From positions 1,088,001 through 1,152,000 of the forward strand of contig CBDANS010000007.1 in assembly GCA_965197745.1 (NCBI GenBank): 64,000 nucleotides of DNA, in the 5' to 3' direction. The notes below the pieces were generated by a model that saw nothing but the letters and a program-made list of their open reading frames with translations, was not told the DNA's origin and made no database searches. Position 1 is the first letter of the stretch; each line of letters opens with the position of its first letter. Of the stretch, positions 1 through 11,310 are shown piece after piece. The stretch comes from Opitutales bacterium (GTDB lineage Bacteria > Verrucomicrobiota > Verrucomicrobiia > Opitutales > PNEW01). The position numbers and the translations under genes are program-made.

Positions 1-733
1 CATGGAAGACTAAATCTTCCGCCTGATTGACTTTGAGAATGACAGGGGGCTTCCAGTCTATTTTTGGTATTGGAATTTTCTTCACAGGATTATCGACCCG
101 AAATCCCTTGTTCACCGCATAGTTAAAAAAAGTGCTTAAGCATAAGCGGTAGTTTATAATGCTTCTCACAGAGAGAGAGGTAAAGTTATTGAGCCAGTCT
201 TCTATTTCCATTTGAGAAATCTCCTTGACCAGTCGGCTCCCAAAGTTTCTTGAGAAGATTCCCAGCCGGGAGCGGATATCATTTATAGAGCGCGAGCGAA
301 GATTCTGACTTTCTTTTTCTTCAATCAATGTTGCCGTTAACTCCAACACTGAGATATCACCGGCCGGGGGATTCAAATGCAGCTTGGCAAACTCTGCTGC
401 CTGCGATAGAGTAATGTCGAAACCTTCCAGTATTTCGAGAGCATTGAATGCATCCTTGGATTGGTAACCGGTCATGTTATAATGATGCTGCCCGTGTTGG
501 AGCAATCGTTCGTGTTGCTCTTTTGCCCAGGCAAAAGCCACCTCTTTTTCCTTGAACTGTCTTCTCATTCGCTTGCCCGCGAACTTCGAGGGAATGAGTA
601 CCTGGTAGGAAAATCCGTAATCATCGCCAGCGGTTCGATTGATAACTTCCCTGATTGTGATAGCACTTTTCTTAGGGTGCTCCCAGCTATTAAGGGGACT
701 CGACTTTTTACGTTTTCCTTTAATTGCCTCCAT
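1..733 (-). CDS. Tyrosine recombinase/phage-type integrase, N-terminal part (runs off the window edge)
   Basis: Not in the ORF track. My translation from ATG at 733 is open to base 1: MEAIKGKRKK...SINDIRSRLGIFSRNFG...EIEDWL...IINYRLCLSTFFNYAVNKGFRVDNPVKKIPIPK...PPVILKVNQ, a typical integrase core-binding (SAM-like) domain ending just before the catalytic domain. Confidence 0.85.
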   Translation of the reverse strand, partial: MEAIKGKRKKSSPLNSWEHPKKSAITIREVINRTAGDDYGFSYQVLIPSKFAGKRMRRQFKEKEVAFAWAKEQHERLLQHGQHHYNMTGYQSKDAFNALEILEGFDITLSQAAEFAKLHLNPPAGDISVLELTATLIEEKESQNLRSRSINDIRSRLGIFSRNFGSRLVKEISQMEIEDWLNNFTSLSVRSIINYRLCLSTFFNYAVNKGFRVDNPVKKIPIPKIDWKPPVILKVNQAEDLVFH

Positions 734-840
734 CAAGTAAGACAATGCCTCAATCAGGTTTACTTGCAAGCCTTATTGACAATAATAATACAGGAATATT
801 ATAAGTTATTGATATATTCTTTAAAAGACGGGGAGGAAGA

Positions 841-870
841 CCCGTCTTCTTCTCGCGATCGCGGGACTAC
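841..870 (-). repeat. Palindromic repeat family GTAGTCCCGC..GCGGGACGAAGACGGG (copies also at ~6558-6587 and ~58207-58236, downstream of both tRNAs)
   Basis: Direct sequence comparison of three copies. Confidence 0.6.
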
Positions 871-914
871 GCCGTGGCAAGCGAAGACGAAGCTTATTAT
901 AACATTCAAAATCA

Positions 915-2276
915 CTATAGCTCCTCCATTATCTCTTCCGCTGTTTTGAGTCCGGCAAGCAAGCATTTCCCGACGGCGACACCGGTGTGGTAACTTCCCG
1001 TGATATGAAGGGTGGGATTATTTTTTTCCACCTTATCAATAATTTCCAAAAACCGCCCATAACCTATGTTAAATTGAGGTATCGCATTAAGCCAATGAAA
1101 CTGCTTGAGGTAAACCGGGTCGCCTTTTAATCCGAGCAGTTGGTCAAGTTCGTTTAAGACTAAAGACTGCTGTTTTTGTAAAGGCAATGTCGCTATTTCC
1201 GGCTGTCGAGTGCCGCCGATAAAAGTGGCTAAGGCGGCATGGCCTTCCGGAGTGTGAGAGGGAAAGACGGATGAGTTAAACAGTGTTCCCAGGATATTCA
1301 TCTTTTCCTTTTCCGGAACGAGTAAACCAAAGCCATCTAAAGAATGCCTGATGTGCTCACGCTTAAATCCCAGGACAAGAATAGTTACGGGCGTATAAGG
1401 TATGGAAGCAAGCTGCTCGAGACTCGACGAGAGAGCATCCTCAAAGGGGAGAGAGGTCAGAGAGAATGCCGGTGTCGTAATAACGAGCGCGTCAAATTTA
1501 GTTTCTTCGCTCTTCCCGTTTCGTTTCCAGATAATATTCCAAGTGTCATTCCTGCTTATGGAAGTAATTTCAACATCGGTTTGAACAGGATCAGCCAATT
1601 TTAAAACTATCGCTTGTGCCAGAGTGCTCATTCCCTTTTTAAAGGAGACAACACGTTTTTTAAATGGAGTATGGCCTTTCCTGCTTTTCAGGCGCGACTT
1701 TACGCCCCCTACAATCAATGAGCCGTACTCCTGTTCGAGATTATAGAAGAGGGGAAAGGCATAACGCGCAGAAAGTTTTTCGGGATCCCCAGCATACACG
1801 CCGGCGGCCAATGGGTTGATGGCATAGTCAAGTACCTCTTTTCCCAACCGGCGAAGCGCAAATGCGGCTAGACTTTCCTCACCATTTAATGGCCTTTTTT
1901 TAATGAAGGGCTCTTGCAGGAGCCGGAGTTTCGCGCGTGTTGAAAAAAGCGGTGTCGTGATCAGTGGAATAGGTGAAAGGGGCAGGGTAACCGGTTTCCC
2001 TTTTTTTACGACGAAGCGTTGTTTTATCCTGGGGTCGGGTTCAATAATTTCATTGTCCAGATTTAATTCATTAAGAAAGTTATCGAGGTCTTGATCCATT
2101 ATCCGCATTGTATTGGGTCCAGACTCAGAAATAAATCCGTCCTCGATCGTTGTTTGAATAACGCCACCGACGTGATTTTTCTTTTCAAAGACAGTCACTT
2201 GAATCCCCAATTGATTCAAGCGATAGGCAGTTGCTAAACCGGTGATTCCGGATCCTATAATCGCTACCGATTTCAT
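915..2276 (-). CDS. hemG: Protoporphyrinogen oxidase (HemY/HemG type, FAD-dependent)
   Basis: GSGITGL FAD motif, ESGPNT, GVYAGDPEKLS, LGTLFNSSVFP; in heme operon. Confidence 0.92.
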   Translation of the reverse strand: MKSVAIIGSGITGLATAYRLNQLGIQVTVFEKKNHVGGVIQTTIEDGFISESGPNTMRIMDQDLDNFLNELNLDNEIIEPDPRIKQRFVVKKGKPVTLPLSPIPLITTPLFSTRAKLRLLQEPFIKKRPLNGEESLAAFALRRLGKEVLDYAINPLAAGVYAGDPEKLSARYAFPLFYNLEQEYGSLIVGGVKSRLKSRKGHTPFKKRVVSFKKGMSTLAQAIVLKLADPVQTDVEITSISRNDTWNIIWKRNGKSEETKFDALVITTPAFSLTSLPFEDALSSSLEQLASIPYTPVTILVLGFKREHIRHSLDGFGLLVPEKEKMNILGTLFNSSVFPSHTPEGHAALATFIGGTRQPEIATLPLQKQQSLVLNELDQLLGLKGDPVYLKQFHWLNAIPQFNIGYGRFLEIIDKVEKNNPTLHITGSYHTGVAVGKCLLAGLKTAEEIMEEL

Positions 2277-2317
2277 CTCAACCAGGTGTTTATAATGGGA
2301 TGGTTGTTCATGATCGC

Positions 2318-3340
2318 TTATGAGAATCGATGAACAGTTTCGACCAGGGCTTCCACATTTTCAATTTTAGCGTTGGGAAGAATGCCATGTCCCAGGTTAA
2401 AGATATGGCCCTTTTTCCCTCGCATACCACTTAATATTTTTTCCGCTTCATCACGCACCGTTTCCGGTGTCGTGGAAAGGATGGCGGGGTCAAGGTTTCC
2501 CTGCAGGGCAATGGAAGATGAAAGTTTCAGACGTAATTCGTGTAATGGCACACTGCTGTCGACACTCAATACACGGGCACCGGCTCTGCAGAGACTTGAA
2601 TGATGGTGGGCCATTCCCTTAGCAAATAGAATGATAGTCACATCATCGGGCAGGGCATCGATAATATCTTTAATCCAGCGTAAAGAGGCATCCCAGTAAT
2701 CTTCGTCAGAACATAGACAGCCCCAACTGTCGAATATTTGCAGGGCATCGACACCCGCGTGAATTTTCATTTTGAAGTAATCGATCAGAGCAGAAGTCAG
2801 TTTTTCCATCAGGGCATTAAAAGCCGCACGATTATTCTGAAAGAGATCATTCACTTTAGGGAAAGATTTTGAGGCTCCACCTTCAGCCATGTATGCGGCC
2901 AGGGTCCATGGAGAACCGCCGAACCCGAGCAGCGCAGTTTCCGTGCCGAGTTCTTTTCTTAATAGGGCCAAAGCTTCTCCGACATAACTGAGCTTGTCTT
3001 CGATTCCAATACTATCGAGATCATCGATCTGCTCTTTCGACTCGAGCGCATAATCCATGGATATGCCTCTGTCATTAAACCGGTAACCCTGACCCAGCGC
3101 TTCAGGAATGACGAGAATATCACTGAAGAGAATCGCGGCGTCAAAGTCGAATCGTCGAAGCGGTTGTAATGAAATTTCTGCCGCAAGCTCCGGGGTTCGA
3201 ACTAAATCCAGAAAAGAATGGCTCTCCTTCAGTTTTCGATACTCGGGTAAATAACGCCCGGCCTGGCGCATGATCCAAATGGGAGTGCAGTCCACGGTTT
3301 GGGAATGACATGCGGCAAGAAATCTTTCGCGACGGGTCAT
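2318..3340 (-). CDS. hemE: Uroporphyrinogen decarboxylase
   Basis: PIWIMRQAGRYLPEY, LQGNLDP, HIFNLGHG motifs. Confidence 0.97.
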   Translation of the reverse strand: MTRRERFLAACHSQTVDCTPIWIMRQAGRYLPEYRKLKESHSFLDLVRTPELAAEISLQPLRRFDFDAAILFSDILVIPEALGQGYRFNDRGISMDYALESKEQIDDLDSIGIEDKLSYVGEALALLRKELGTETALLGFGGSPWTLAAYMAEGGASKSFPKVNDLFQNNRAAFNALMEKLTSALIDYFKMKIHAGVDALQIFDSWGCLCSDEDYWDASLRWIKDIIDALPDDVTIILFAKGMAHHHSSLCRAGARVLSVDSSVPLHELRLKLSSSIALQGNLDPAILSTTPETVRDEAEKILSGMRGKKGHIFNLGHGILPNAKIENVEALVETVHRFS

Positions 3341-3364
3341 TGATAGCGATGGTAAATATAAGCT

Positions 3365-4276
3365 TTAACTTCCCAACCAGTCGCGGGGTTTAAGGAATTT
3401 TTCATGCAGTTCCGCTTCTTTACTGCCCTTATCCGGTTGCCAATTATAATCCCAGCGGACAAGGGGAGGGAGGGACATTAAAATAGATTCCGTGCGCCCT
3501 CCCGATTGTAATCCGAAAAGTGTACCTCGGTCATAAACGAGATTAAATTCAACATACCTGCCACGACGATAGAGTTGAAATCGACGTTCAGCTTCACCGT
3601 AAGGGTGGTCCTTTCGTCGAAGGACAATAGGATGGTATGCGGGCATAAAATGATCGCCCACACTTTTAATAAAAGCAAAGGAACGGTCGAAATCCAGTTC
3701 ATTGAAGTCATCAAAAAAAAGACCTCCAACGCCCCGTGTCTCCTGACGATGTTCAAGGTAAAAGTAGCGATCGCAATTCTCTTTAAACTTCTGATAGTAT
3801 TCGTTTCCGATGGGCTCACAGGCTTTGCGCGCCATGCGGTGCCATTCAATTGCATCTTCTTCAAAACCGTAATAAGGGGTGAGATCAAAACCGCCTCCGA
3901 ACCACCAGACCGGGGATGGGGTGTCATTTTTTATAATGACGAGGCGGATATTCATATGGGTGGTTGGGACAAAGGGATTTATGGGGTGGAAGACTAATGA
4001 TACCCCCATCGCTCGAAATCCCATTCCTTTTAATTCCGATCGCGTTGCCGTTGCCGAAGGCGGGAGATGATCACCTTCCACGTCAGAAAAATTAATGCCC
4101 CCTTTTTCAATGACATCACCTTCTTCAAATATACGGGAGAGGCCACCGCCCACCTTGTAGTTCCACTTGTCCTCACGGAATCGCCCCCCGGGATCCAGGG
4201 TTTCTAAATCGGTGCAGAGGGAATGCTGCAGGTTTTTTAAATAGCTGCTTACCTCCTCGATATTGATCTTATCCAT
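3365..4276 (-). CDS. hemF: Oxygen-dependent coproporphyrinogen III oxidase
   Basis: [46 protein letters not shown]. Confidence 0.97.
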   Translation of the reverse strand: MDKINIEEVSSYLKNLQHSLCTDLETLDPGGRFREDKWNYKVGGGLSRIFEEGDVIEKGGINFSDVEGDHLPPSATATRSELKGMGFRAMGVSLVFHPINPFVPTTHMNIRLVIIKNDTPSPVWWFGGGFDLTPYYGFEEDAIEWHRMARKACEPIGNEYYQKFKENCDRYFYLEHRQETRGVGGLFFDDFNELDFDRSFAFIKSVGDHFMPAYHPIVLRRKDHPYGEAERRFQLYRRGRYVEFNLVYDRGTLFGLQSGGRTESILMSLPPLVRWDYNWQPDKGSKEAELHEKFLKPRDWLGS

Positions 4277-4382
4277 ACGTTATGAGGACTGTTGAAAAAT
4301 GAAGGAAAAGTCTTTTAAATTTTTGTCCTTGTCGAGTGTAAAGAAGGTATAGTCATGTCACGATATATTTACTTGTCAAAAA

Positions 4383-5306
4383 ATGATTGAGAAAAAAGGG
4401 TTAACATTAACTATTTTCGGGTGCGGTTACATTGGCTCAGCCTTTGCACGTAGAGCAATCGAAGAGGGAATGTGCGTGGCCGCACTGACACGAAATCATG
4501 ATACCGCAAATAAACTGCGTGACTTCGGAGTAAGTCCGGTTGTCGAAGCTGAACTGAATTCTTCAGACTGGTACCGAGAATTAAATCCTCAACAGGACTT
4601 TGTTCTCAATTGCGTCGGATCGGCAGGTGACGGCTTGAAGGGTTACATAAAATCATATTTTCAAGGCCAGGCCTCAATTCTTGCCTGGGCAAGCGGGGGA
4701 AGGATAGGCACTTTTGTTTACACCAGCAGCACCTCAGTCTATCCACAATCTGACGGTAATTGGATCAGTGAATCGAATCCTCATAATGAAGTTTCTCCAT
4801 ACGGAAGGATTTTATTGGATGCAGAACAATTGCTCTTAAATAATCCCCGGGGTATCACCCGCTATTTCATTCTTCGCCTGGCCGGAATTTACGGTCCGGA
4901 ACGCCATCGTTTTCTAGATCAGCTTCGACAGGGTGAATCAATATTTGAGGGGTCAGGCAAGTATCATCTTAATCTTGCACACCGGGATGATATCTGTTCA
5001 GCCATTCACGCCTGTCTCTTTGCTTCTTCCGAAATCAGTGACCAGATTTTTAACATTGCCGATGATAAACCCAGTCCGAAAAAAGAACTGGTCTACCATC
5101 TTGCAGATGAGTTGGGAACGGACCGACCCCTATTTCAATCAACCCATTCCAATCATAAGCTATCACAATCCAGGGGCAGAAGAAGTGGCACCGTGGATCG
5201 CAAGATCAGTAATAAAAAAATAAAGTCAATGTTAGGATGGCATCCTGAATATTCTTCCTATAAAGAGGGCTATCAAAGTATTCTGGAAAAAATGCACGCG
5301 CCGTGA
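4383..5306 (+). CDS. NAD-dependent epimerase/dehydratase (atypical SDR)
   Basis: GCGYIG Rossmann motif, YTSSTSVY, LRLAGIYGP. Confidence 0.85.
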   Translation: MIEKKGLTLTIFGCGYIGSAFARRAIEEGMCVAALTRNHDTANKLRDFGVSPVVEAELNSSDWYRELNPQQDFVLNCVGSAGDGLKGYIKSYFQGQASILAWASGGRIGTFVYTSSTSVYPQSDGNWISESNPHNEVSPYGRILLDAEQLLLNNPRGITRYFILRLAGIYGPERHRFLDQLRQGESIFEGSGKYHLNLAHRDDICSAIHACLFASSEISDQIFNIADDKPSPKKELVYHLADELGTDRPLFQSTHSNHKLSQSRGRRSGTVDRKISNKKIKSMLGWHPEYSSYKEGYQSILEKMHAP

Positions 5307-5411
5307 TCATCTCTCTTAACCGGTTGTGGGTATCCCCTTGACTCATGAGCGCCACTTTATGATAGTCACTTTCTCACTGCTGAATTTATTCCCTCATAAC
5401 ATAGGATAAAA

Positions 5412-5720
5412 ATGCCCGGTGTCGGAAAATTATTAAAGCAAGCGCAAAAAATGCAGAAGAAGATGGAAGCTTTGCAGGCGGAGCTTGCGCAGCGAGAAAT
5501 TGAAGTTTCCAGTGGAGGTGGTGCCGTAAAATTGAAAGTAAATGGTCAGCAGGAAGTGATAGCATTGACGCTTGATGATGAATTTTTAAAAGAGGACAGG
5601 GAATTCATTGAAGAGACACTGCTTAACGCCATTCAGGAAGCGATAGCCAAAGCCAAAGAAATGAATGAAGAAGAGATGGGTAAAATTACTTCCGGTTTAA
5701 ATCTCCCCGGCCTGGGGTAA
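5412..5720 (+). CDS. ybaB: YbaB/EbfC nucleoid-associated protein
   Basis: KQAQKMQ..SGGGAVK; canonical position upstream of recR. Confidence 0.93.
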   Translation: MPGVGKLLKQAQKMQKKMEALQAELAQREIEVSSGGGAVKLKVNGQQEVIALTLDDEFLKEDREFIEETLLNAIQEAIAKAKEMNEEEMGKITSGLNLPGLG

Positions 5721-5774
5721 GCTGACTGTTTTCTCTCAAATTGCTAACCGGTATCATTGATTCCGCCACCGTGA

Positions 5775-6371
5775 ATGACACCTGTTTTTGAAAAACTTCA
5801 GAAGATACTTAAGCAATTACCCGGCCTGGGATACCGCTCGGCGGAACGTGTAGCATTACACCTCACCGTGGAAAAACCGGATTTGCTTCCACAGCTTGTA
5901 GATTGTCTGCAAGAGGCAGCACAAAAAATTAATCGATGCAGCATTTGTGGCAATCTCTGCGAAGATGAGAACTGTGAAATTTGTCTACATCCAAAACGTA
6001 ACCACGCGGAAATTTGCATCGTTGAGCAGGTGCCCGATCTCATTGCCATTGAGCGAAGCGCAGCCTATCGTGGATGCTATCACGTCCTGCATGGAAAACT
6101 CTCTCCTATTCATGATGTCGGACCGGACGATCTCAATTTCCAATCGCTTAAAGAGCGGTTGGACTCCGGAGAGGTAGAGGAAATAATCCTCGCTTTATCC
6201 AATGATATCGAAGGTGAAGCGACCTGTCACTATATTCAGGAGACGATCATTGGTAATCAACCCCTTAAAGTAACCCGTATCGGATTCGGTTTGCCTAGCG
6301 GGGGGGGCATTGTCTATGCCGATGCTGTAACTTTGAAAAGCGCGCTTGAAGGGCGACGCAGCTATCACTAA
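5775..6371 (+). CDS. recR: Recombination mediator RecR
   Basis: LPGLGYRSAER, C4 zinc finger, YHVLHGKLSP, Toprim EGEAT. Confidence 0.97.
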   Translation: MTPVFEKLQKILKQLPGLGYRSAERVALHLTVEKPDLLPQLVDCLQEAAQKINRCSICGNLCEDENCEICLHPKRNHAEICIVEQVPDLIAIERSAAYRGCYHVLHGKLSPIHDVGPDDLNFQSLKERLDSGEVEEIILALSNDIEGEATCHYIQETIIGNQPLKVTRIGFGLPSGGGIVYADAVTLKSALEGRRSYH

Positions 6372-6418
6372 ATTATTTATTGTTCATTACCGAGCTGGTC
6401 TATTCAAGAGAAGTACAT

Positions 6419-6492
6419 GCGGACGTAGTATAGAGGTAATACGTGAGCTTCCCAAGCTTGAATCGAGGGTTCGATTCCCTCCGTCCGCACCA
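6419..6492 (+). tRNA. tRNA-Gly(CCC)
   Basis: Cloverleaf with GCGGACG/CGTCCGC acceptor stem, anticodon arm TGAGC-TTCCCAA-GCTTG, GTTCGATTC T-loop, CCA end. Confidence 0.95.
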
Positions 6493-6756
6493 GGTATCAG
6501 TATTCGGAACCCCAACAATACTTTAATCGCTCTATTGCCTGGCGAAGGCTGCGCGCTGTAGTCCCGCAAACGCGGGACGAAGACGGGCATTTCGTGTACG
6601 TCAGCCGTTTACGCAATAAATTACGCCTTAATCTTGACGAAGGGCTATCTTCGTCGCATTGCCCGTGTTCAGGGGAGGGGGCCCTCAAACACCCCCCCTA
6701 AATCATCCAATTGAAAAACCCATACACGGAATATACCCCTTCCTACCCCAAGGGGA

Positions 6757-6837
6757 TTCAACACTAGCGCAGTGCTGGTGAGTGCTGTGAAGCCGTGAAG
6801 GGGTTTTGATAGGTGGGGGTATTACCTGGATACCCCT
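6757..6837 (+). repeat. Bipartite double-hairpin island repeat, copy 1 (long form)
   Basis: ttca-acactagcgcagtgctggtgagtgctgtg..tgaa-ggggttttgat..gggggtattacctggatacccct. Confidence 0.85.
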
Positions 6838-6853
6838 CTCAATTATTTCCTCA

Positions 6854-9800
6854 CTAATCCAACCCTAGAATCTGCTTTCGTTTTCGCTCAAGTACAATAA
6901 AACGCGGCTCTTTCCGGAGGAAGTCAAAATGTAGCAAATAGAGAGGATAATATTTCTCCTCCTCATAGGCTTGTTCAAGCGCTTCTAAGGTCTTTTCCTT
7001 CTGGCCTAAATTGGCGTAAAGGAAACGTGTCCAATTCAATTTTGCAAAAATAATTTCCAACTCTGGTGTAGCAGACACGGGCTTACCTGTACGCTTATGC
7101 TCTTCTACGAGCGAAACATAGTGCTGCATAGCTTCTTTATTTTCACCTGTAAGCTCAGCCCAGTGAACATACTCGCGTGTGGCATCCTCATACTTTTTTG
7201 CATGAAGATACGCAGCCCCTAAATGTAACCATGTAGTAGCGTTGTTTGAGTCCAGCTCAAGCGATCTCTGCAACTGATTAATAGCCACGTCGTATTGCCG
7301 CGATACTAAGAGCGTTATTCCTAGCATAAATGAGTAATGGGCTGAAAAGGGATCAAGTTCATAAGCCTTTCTCCTTTCATTAAGAGATTCGTCTAAGCGA
7401 TCCGTCAGATATAGCACACTCGCATAGAAGTGGTACGTCGGCGCATACTTTGGATTGAGTTCAATCGCACGCTGAAACTCCCTTTCAGCGCCTTTAAAGT
7501 CTTTCAGAAAATAGTCCTTATAACGCCCCATAGAAGCATGGGCTTCAGCAAGGTTCGGGTCGAGCGCTAGTGCCTTCTTCGCCACTTCTTCGGCTTGTGC
7601 TTTTACATCGCTTTTTTTAACACTAGCTATTTTCATAGGAAGAAAATTATAAACATCCGCGAGCCCAGAGTATGCTAGGGCGTAGTTGGGATCCAAGGCA
7701 ATGGCTTCTTTGAAGTGTTTCATCGCGGCCATTAAATCTTCATCAGTCTGCTGGAAATTTTCACCCCGTTTGTTCCAACGATAACGCCCTAATAGGTATG
7801 CGTTGTAGGCTTCGGTGTTCTCAGTATAGTGCTTTACCAGAGGCGCACCCGCTTCACCCATAAGCTCAACATGAAGAGATTTGGCAATCGCCTGAGAGAT
7901 TTCATCCTGGATGGCGAAGACATTTTTCAGCTCCCTGTTGTAGGTTTCTGACCAAAGATGATGATCGGGTTACGTAAACTGGTCCACCGAGAGAGTTAGT
8001 CTGGAGAGGTTAATGTTGAAGTTAAGTTGGTAGAGGAAGTCAAGGCTTGGGCGCAATGAGGGCGTAGCCCGAATGGAGCCCAAGCCTTCGGTATTAATGT
8101 CTTCAGCGAAGCACCGTGGGGTGATATTGCCGAGGCTGCGGTGGGGTCGGACATTATTGTAAAGCCAGCGCCAGTCCTCGATCACCACGCGGGCTTCGGT
8201 CAAAGTCCATAGCTGTTCACGGTTTAAACACTCCTCGCGAAAACGGGCATGCAACGATTCGATGTATCCGTTCTGCCAAGGGCTTCCTGGTTCGATATAG
8301 AGGGTTTTGATTTTCATCGCAGTTAGCCAGGCTCTCAATTCCTTTTCAATGAATGGCTTCGCATGTCGTCGCTTCGCTCCTCGGAACGGAACCGTTGTCA
8401 CTGCGAATATATTGTGGCGGCCCATGACGGGCAAGCAGTTTTTGCATGATACCGCGCACCGTTTCCGCATTGATATGGCGATCAACATGGATCACTCGAC
8501 ACTCGCGGGTGTACTCATCGAGCACGGTCAACATTTTTAAACTGCCACCGCGGACCGTCTTATCGTGGATAAAATCCCAGGTCCAAACATGGCCGGGATG
8601 TTCGGCCTTGGTCGGCAGCCCGGTGGAAACACCCCTGCCCCGACGTCTTGGCTTGCGTTGGGGGATCGCCAAGCCCAGTTCGCGTCGTAGACCTTGCACG
8701 AGACGTTTACCCACCTCCCAGCCTTCGTCTTTCAACAGCTTCGTGATCTTCGGATAGCCCCACCTGGCATATTGCCGTGATAACCGCCTTACTGCCGCCT
8801 TCAGTTTCATTAACCAAGCATCCGGATGCTTCGCCTTATACGCATAGGTGGAACGGTGCAGCCGAAAGTACCGGCACCCCGCTCGCATCGAACACTGGCC
8901 CCGAGCCACAAGTCTCTCTGCCACTTGCCGCTTGTGCCCAGGGCTTACAGTTTTTTTTCGAGGGTCTCCTGCAGGATCTCTATCCCCAGCATCTTGTCCG
9001 CCAGCATCCGTTTTAACCGCGCGTTCTCCTTCAAAGAGTTCCTTCATCCGCTTGGCCTGGTCGACATCAATCATCCCAAACTCACGCTTCCAGCGGTGGA
9101 AAGTCTGTTCGCTAATGTTGTTCTCGCGGCATGCTTCCAGGATCGTTTTCCCTTTGTCCGCCTGCCGCAGCATCCGTATTTTCTCTTCAGTTGTGTATCT
9201 TTTGCCTTTCATTGTCTGAGTCCTTTCTAGGTTACCCAGACTAACTTTTCAAGTGTACCAGTTTTCGTGGTCACGACCAATGAAAACCATCAGCAACATT
9301 TATAAGCTGTGTCGTGATGCGGAGGTCGTTTCCTGATTTACGCACACTCCCTTCAAGCACCGTTGCAACTTTGAGTTGTTCACCGATTGATGGGATGTCT
9401 AAATTTTCTTCCTTGAATCTGAAGGATGAAGTTCGCGCAGCTACGTGCATACCTGCAATCTTGGTAAATGCATTAATGAGCTCCTCCGCCATCCCCTCAC
9501 AGAAGTATTCCTGATCTTTATTCGGACTCATGTCGTGGAAGGGAAGGACAGCGATGGACTTTATTACAGACTCAGGCTCAGGTGCTTTTCTTAATATTAA
9601 ATAACCGATGACAGTTACCGCTAATAGCAATAAAGGGATCAGTCCCCCCAGGGCTACGTTCCGCCATGTGAAAATCTTATGTCGATGAACCTTTTCCTCT
9701 GTGCCCCCTTCTGTTGCAGCGTCATCAGGATCTGTCTCCTTGGGCTTCGCCCTTTCCTGGACAAACGCGGTAGCCACAACCATTGGGAAGCCGACAAGGA

Positions 9801-9963
9801 GCAACACTATTGCCATAGTTGGTGACCACTCGGGCAAACCGAGACTGGTCGTTAGATGCTGAACGACCTGCAAGACGATCCAGCTGCCAACAAGGTAGAT
9901 TAATATCACCTGCCAAAGTGAACGTCGATGAATCTCGTGTATAAGCTGGGTTAAGCTAGGCAT
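6854..9963 (-). pseudogene. Membrane-anchored TolB-N-like/TPR protein, split by an IS3 element
   Basis: ORF 9271..9963 (3 [21 protein letters not shown]) and ORF 6854..7861 (TPRs) rejoin in frame (..GFHLWSETYNRELKNVFAIQDEIS..) when 7962-9279 and one ATGA are removed; paralog at 16399..18417. Confidence 0.9.
7962..9279 (-). mobile_element. IS3-family insertion sequence (degenerate), 4-bp TSD ATGA
   Basis: TG..CA ends; imperfect IRs TGGTCGTGACCACGAAAACTGGTACAC / TGATCGGGTTACGTAAACTGGTCCAC; ATGA at 7958-7961 and 9280-9283; orfA HTH, orfB DDE (WTWDF, SDNG, PGSPWQNGYIES); A8 slippery run at 8951-8958. Confidence 0.93.
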
Positions 9964-10085
9964 GGCTATTGCAGCAAAAGATGGCGAATGCTTGAGAGGA
10001 ACTGGGTCGTTAGTCTGAAGCCATTGCCTTAAACTGTAAAGGATGAAGCAAACGGCTATGTGAAGGGGCTATCTCACAGCTAACC

Positions 10086-10114
10086 ATTCTCGAGCTTTGA
10101 AGAGCAATGAGCGC
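10086..10114 (+). repeat. Island repeat, left half only (hairpin A)
   Basis: attctcgagctttgaagagcaatgagcgc, similar to copies at 11311 and 19857. Confidence 0.7.
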
Positions 10115-10233
10115 AAGAATGAATTTTTTGATCTTAATAAAACCTTGAAACCAACATCAAATGTTATATTTCTAGGAGGAAGCAGACGTTAGACTGCGGG
10201 GAGACTGAAAGTCACACTTGTGGAAGACATAAA

Positions 10234-11236
10234 ATGACTGAAACTGATGGGTTAATTTGTGCCTATATATTAGACGGCAAGGGCGGTGGTCACCGTATAG
10301 AGTCTTTGCAGCGTCTCACACAGCCGCAGGAGGGCTTTCTCTGGGTTCATCTGCAAAGAACTGGCAAGGAAGCACGGGCGATGGCTATTGGAGAAAAGCG
10401 GTCTAGATTTAGTCATGTGCAACGCTCTGATCGGAACCACAGAAATGTCCACGGAACAATGGATCAAGGAAGGGCATCCCCATAGTATATTTTATAAGAG
10501 CGGTGTCTCGATAATCCTGCGAGGGGTTAACCTCAATCCAGGTGCTGACGTGAACGATATGGTCTCGATCCGTGCCTGGTTTGACTCGGATAAAGTCATT
10601 ACAGTAAGGGAACGCCATATCAAAGCGATCGACGACATCCGGGATCGCATTGCCGAATCGAAGGGTCCGATAGGGCCTGCGGATTTCATGGGTTTACTCG
10701 CTGGACGACTTGGCGATCGAATATCCGAAGCGCTCACAAGTCTACGGGAGGAGATAGACGACTTGGAAGAGGCCGTCATCATCGAACGAGCACCAGCGGT
10801 GGGCAAAAAACTCGGTTCATTGAGGCGGCGAGCCATCGCAAAGCGGCGGCACCTTCTCCCGCAACGCTATGCTTTGTTACAGCTTGCGCAGGAGAAGTTA
10901 TCTTGGATTGAAGATCACCATCGAGCACAGCTCCAAGACATCGCAGACCGCACAGCCCGGCAGGTAGATGATCTTGACGCACTGAGGGAGAGAGCTGCCG
11001 TTATCCAAGACGAGATCATGAACCAACTCTCCGCACGGCTCAACCGCACCATGTATTTGCTGTCTGCCATCGCGGCGATCTTCCTCCCGTTGAGTTTACT
11101 TACGGGACTGTTCGGCATTAATCTCGGGGGTATCCCTGGACGCGACTGGACATGGGCGTTCCCAATCGCTTGTATCGTCTTAGCTCTCACAGCGATTATC
11201 GAAGTGTGGCTTTTCCGGCGTTGGAAGTTGTTCTGA
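10234..11236 (+). CDS. zntB: CorA/ZntB-family divalent cation (Zn) transporter, frameshifted near 10380
   Basis: N-terminus LDGKGGG..FLWVHL in one frame; LRGVNLNPGA..DMVSIR and GLFGINLGGIPG in the next. Confidence 0.8.
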
Positions 11237-11241
11237 ACTTC

Positions 11242-11299
11242 CCTCAGGCTACAACACAGGGCATTATAGGAGACAGACGGAGGGGTTCAATAAACCTCT
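11242..11299 (+). repeat. Degenerate island repeat, tandem to the next copy
   Basis: ctcaggctacaacacagggc resembles the long-form start; gaggggtt-caat-aaacctct hairpin resembles hairpin B. Confidence 0.45.
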
Positions 11300-11310
11300 T
11301 ACAGTTTAAT

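Noticed and set aside
822..845. tRNA 3' fragment as the att site of the left-edge integrase
   Set aside because: No T-loop or CCA similarity could be recognised
461..949. 162-aa plus-strand ORF
   Set aside because: It is an antisense shadow of the integrase gene with no recognisable motifs; most other short overlapping ORFs in the track were dismissed for the same reason
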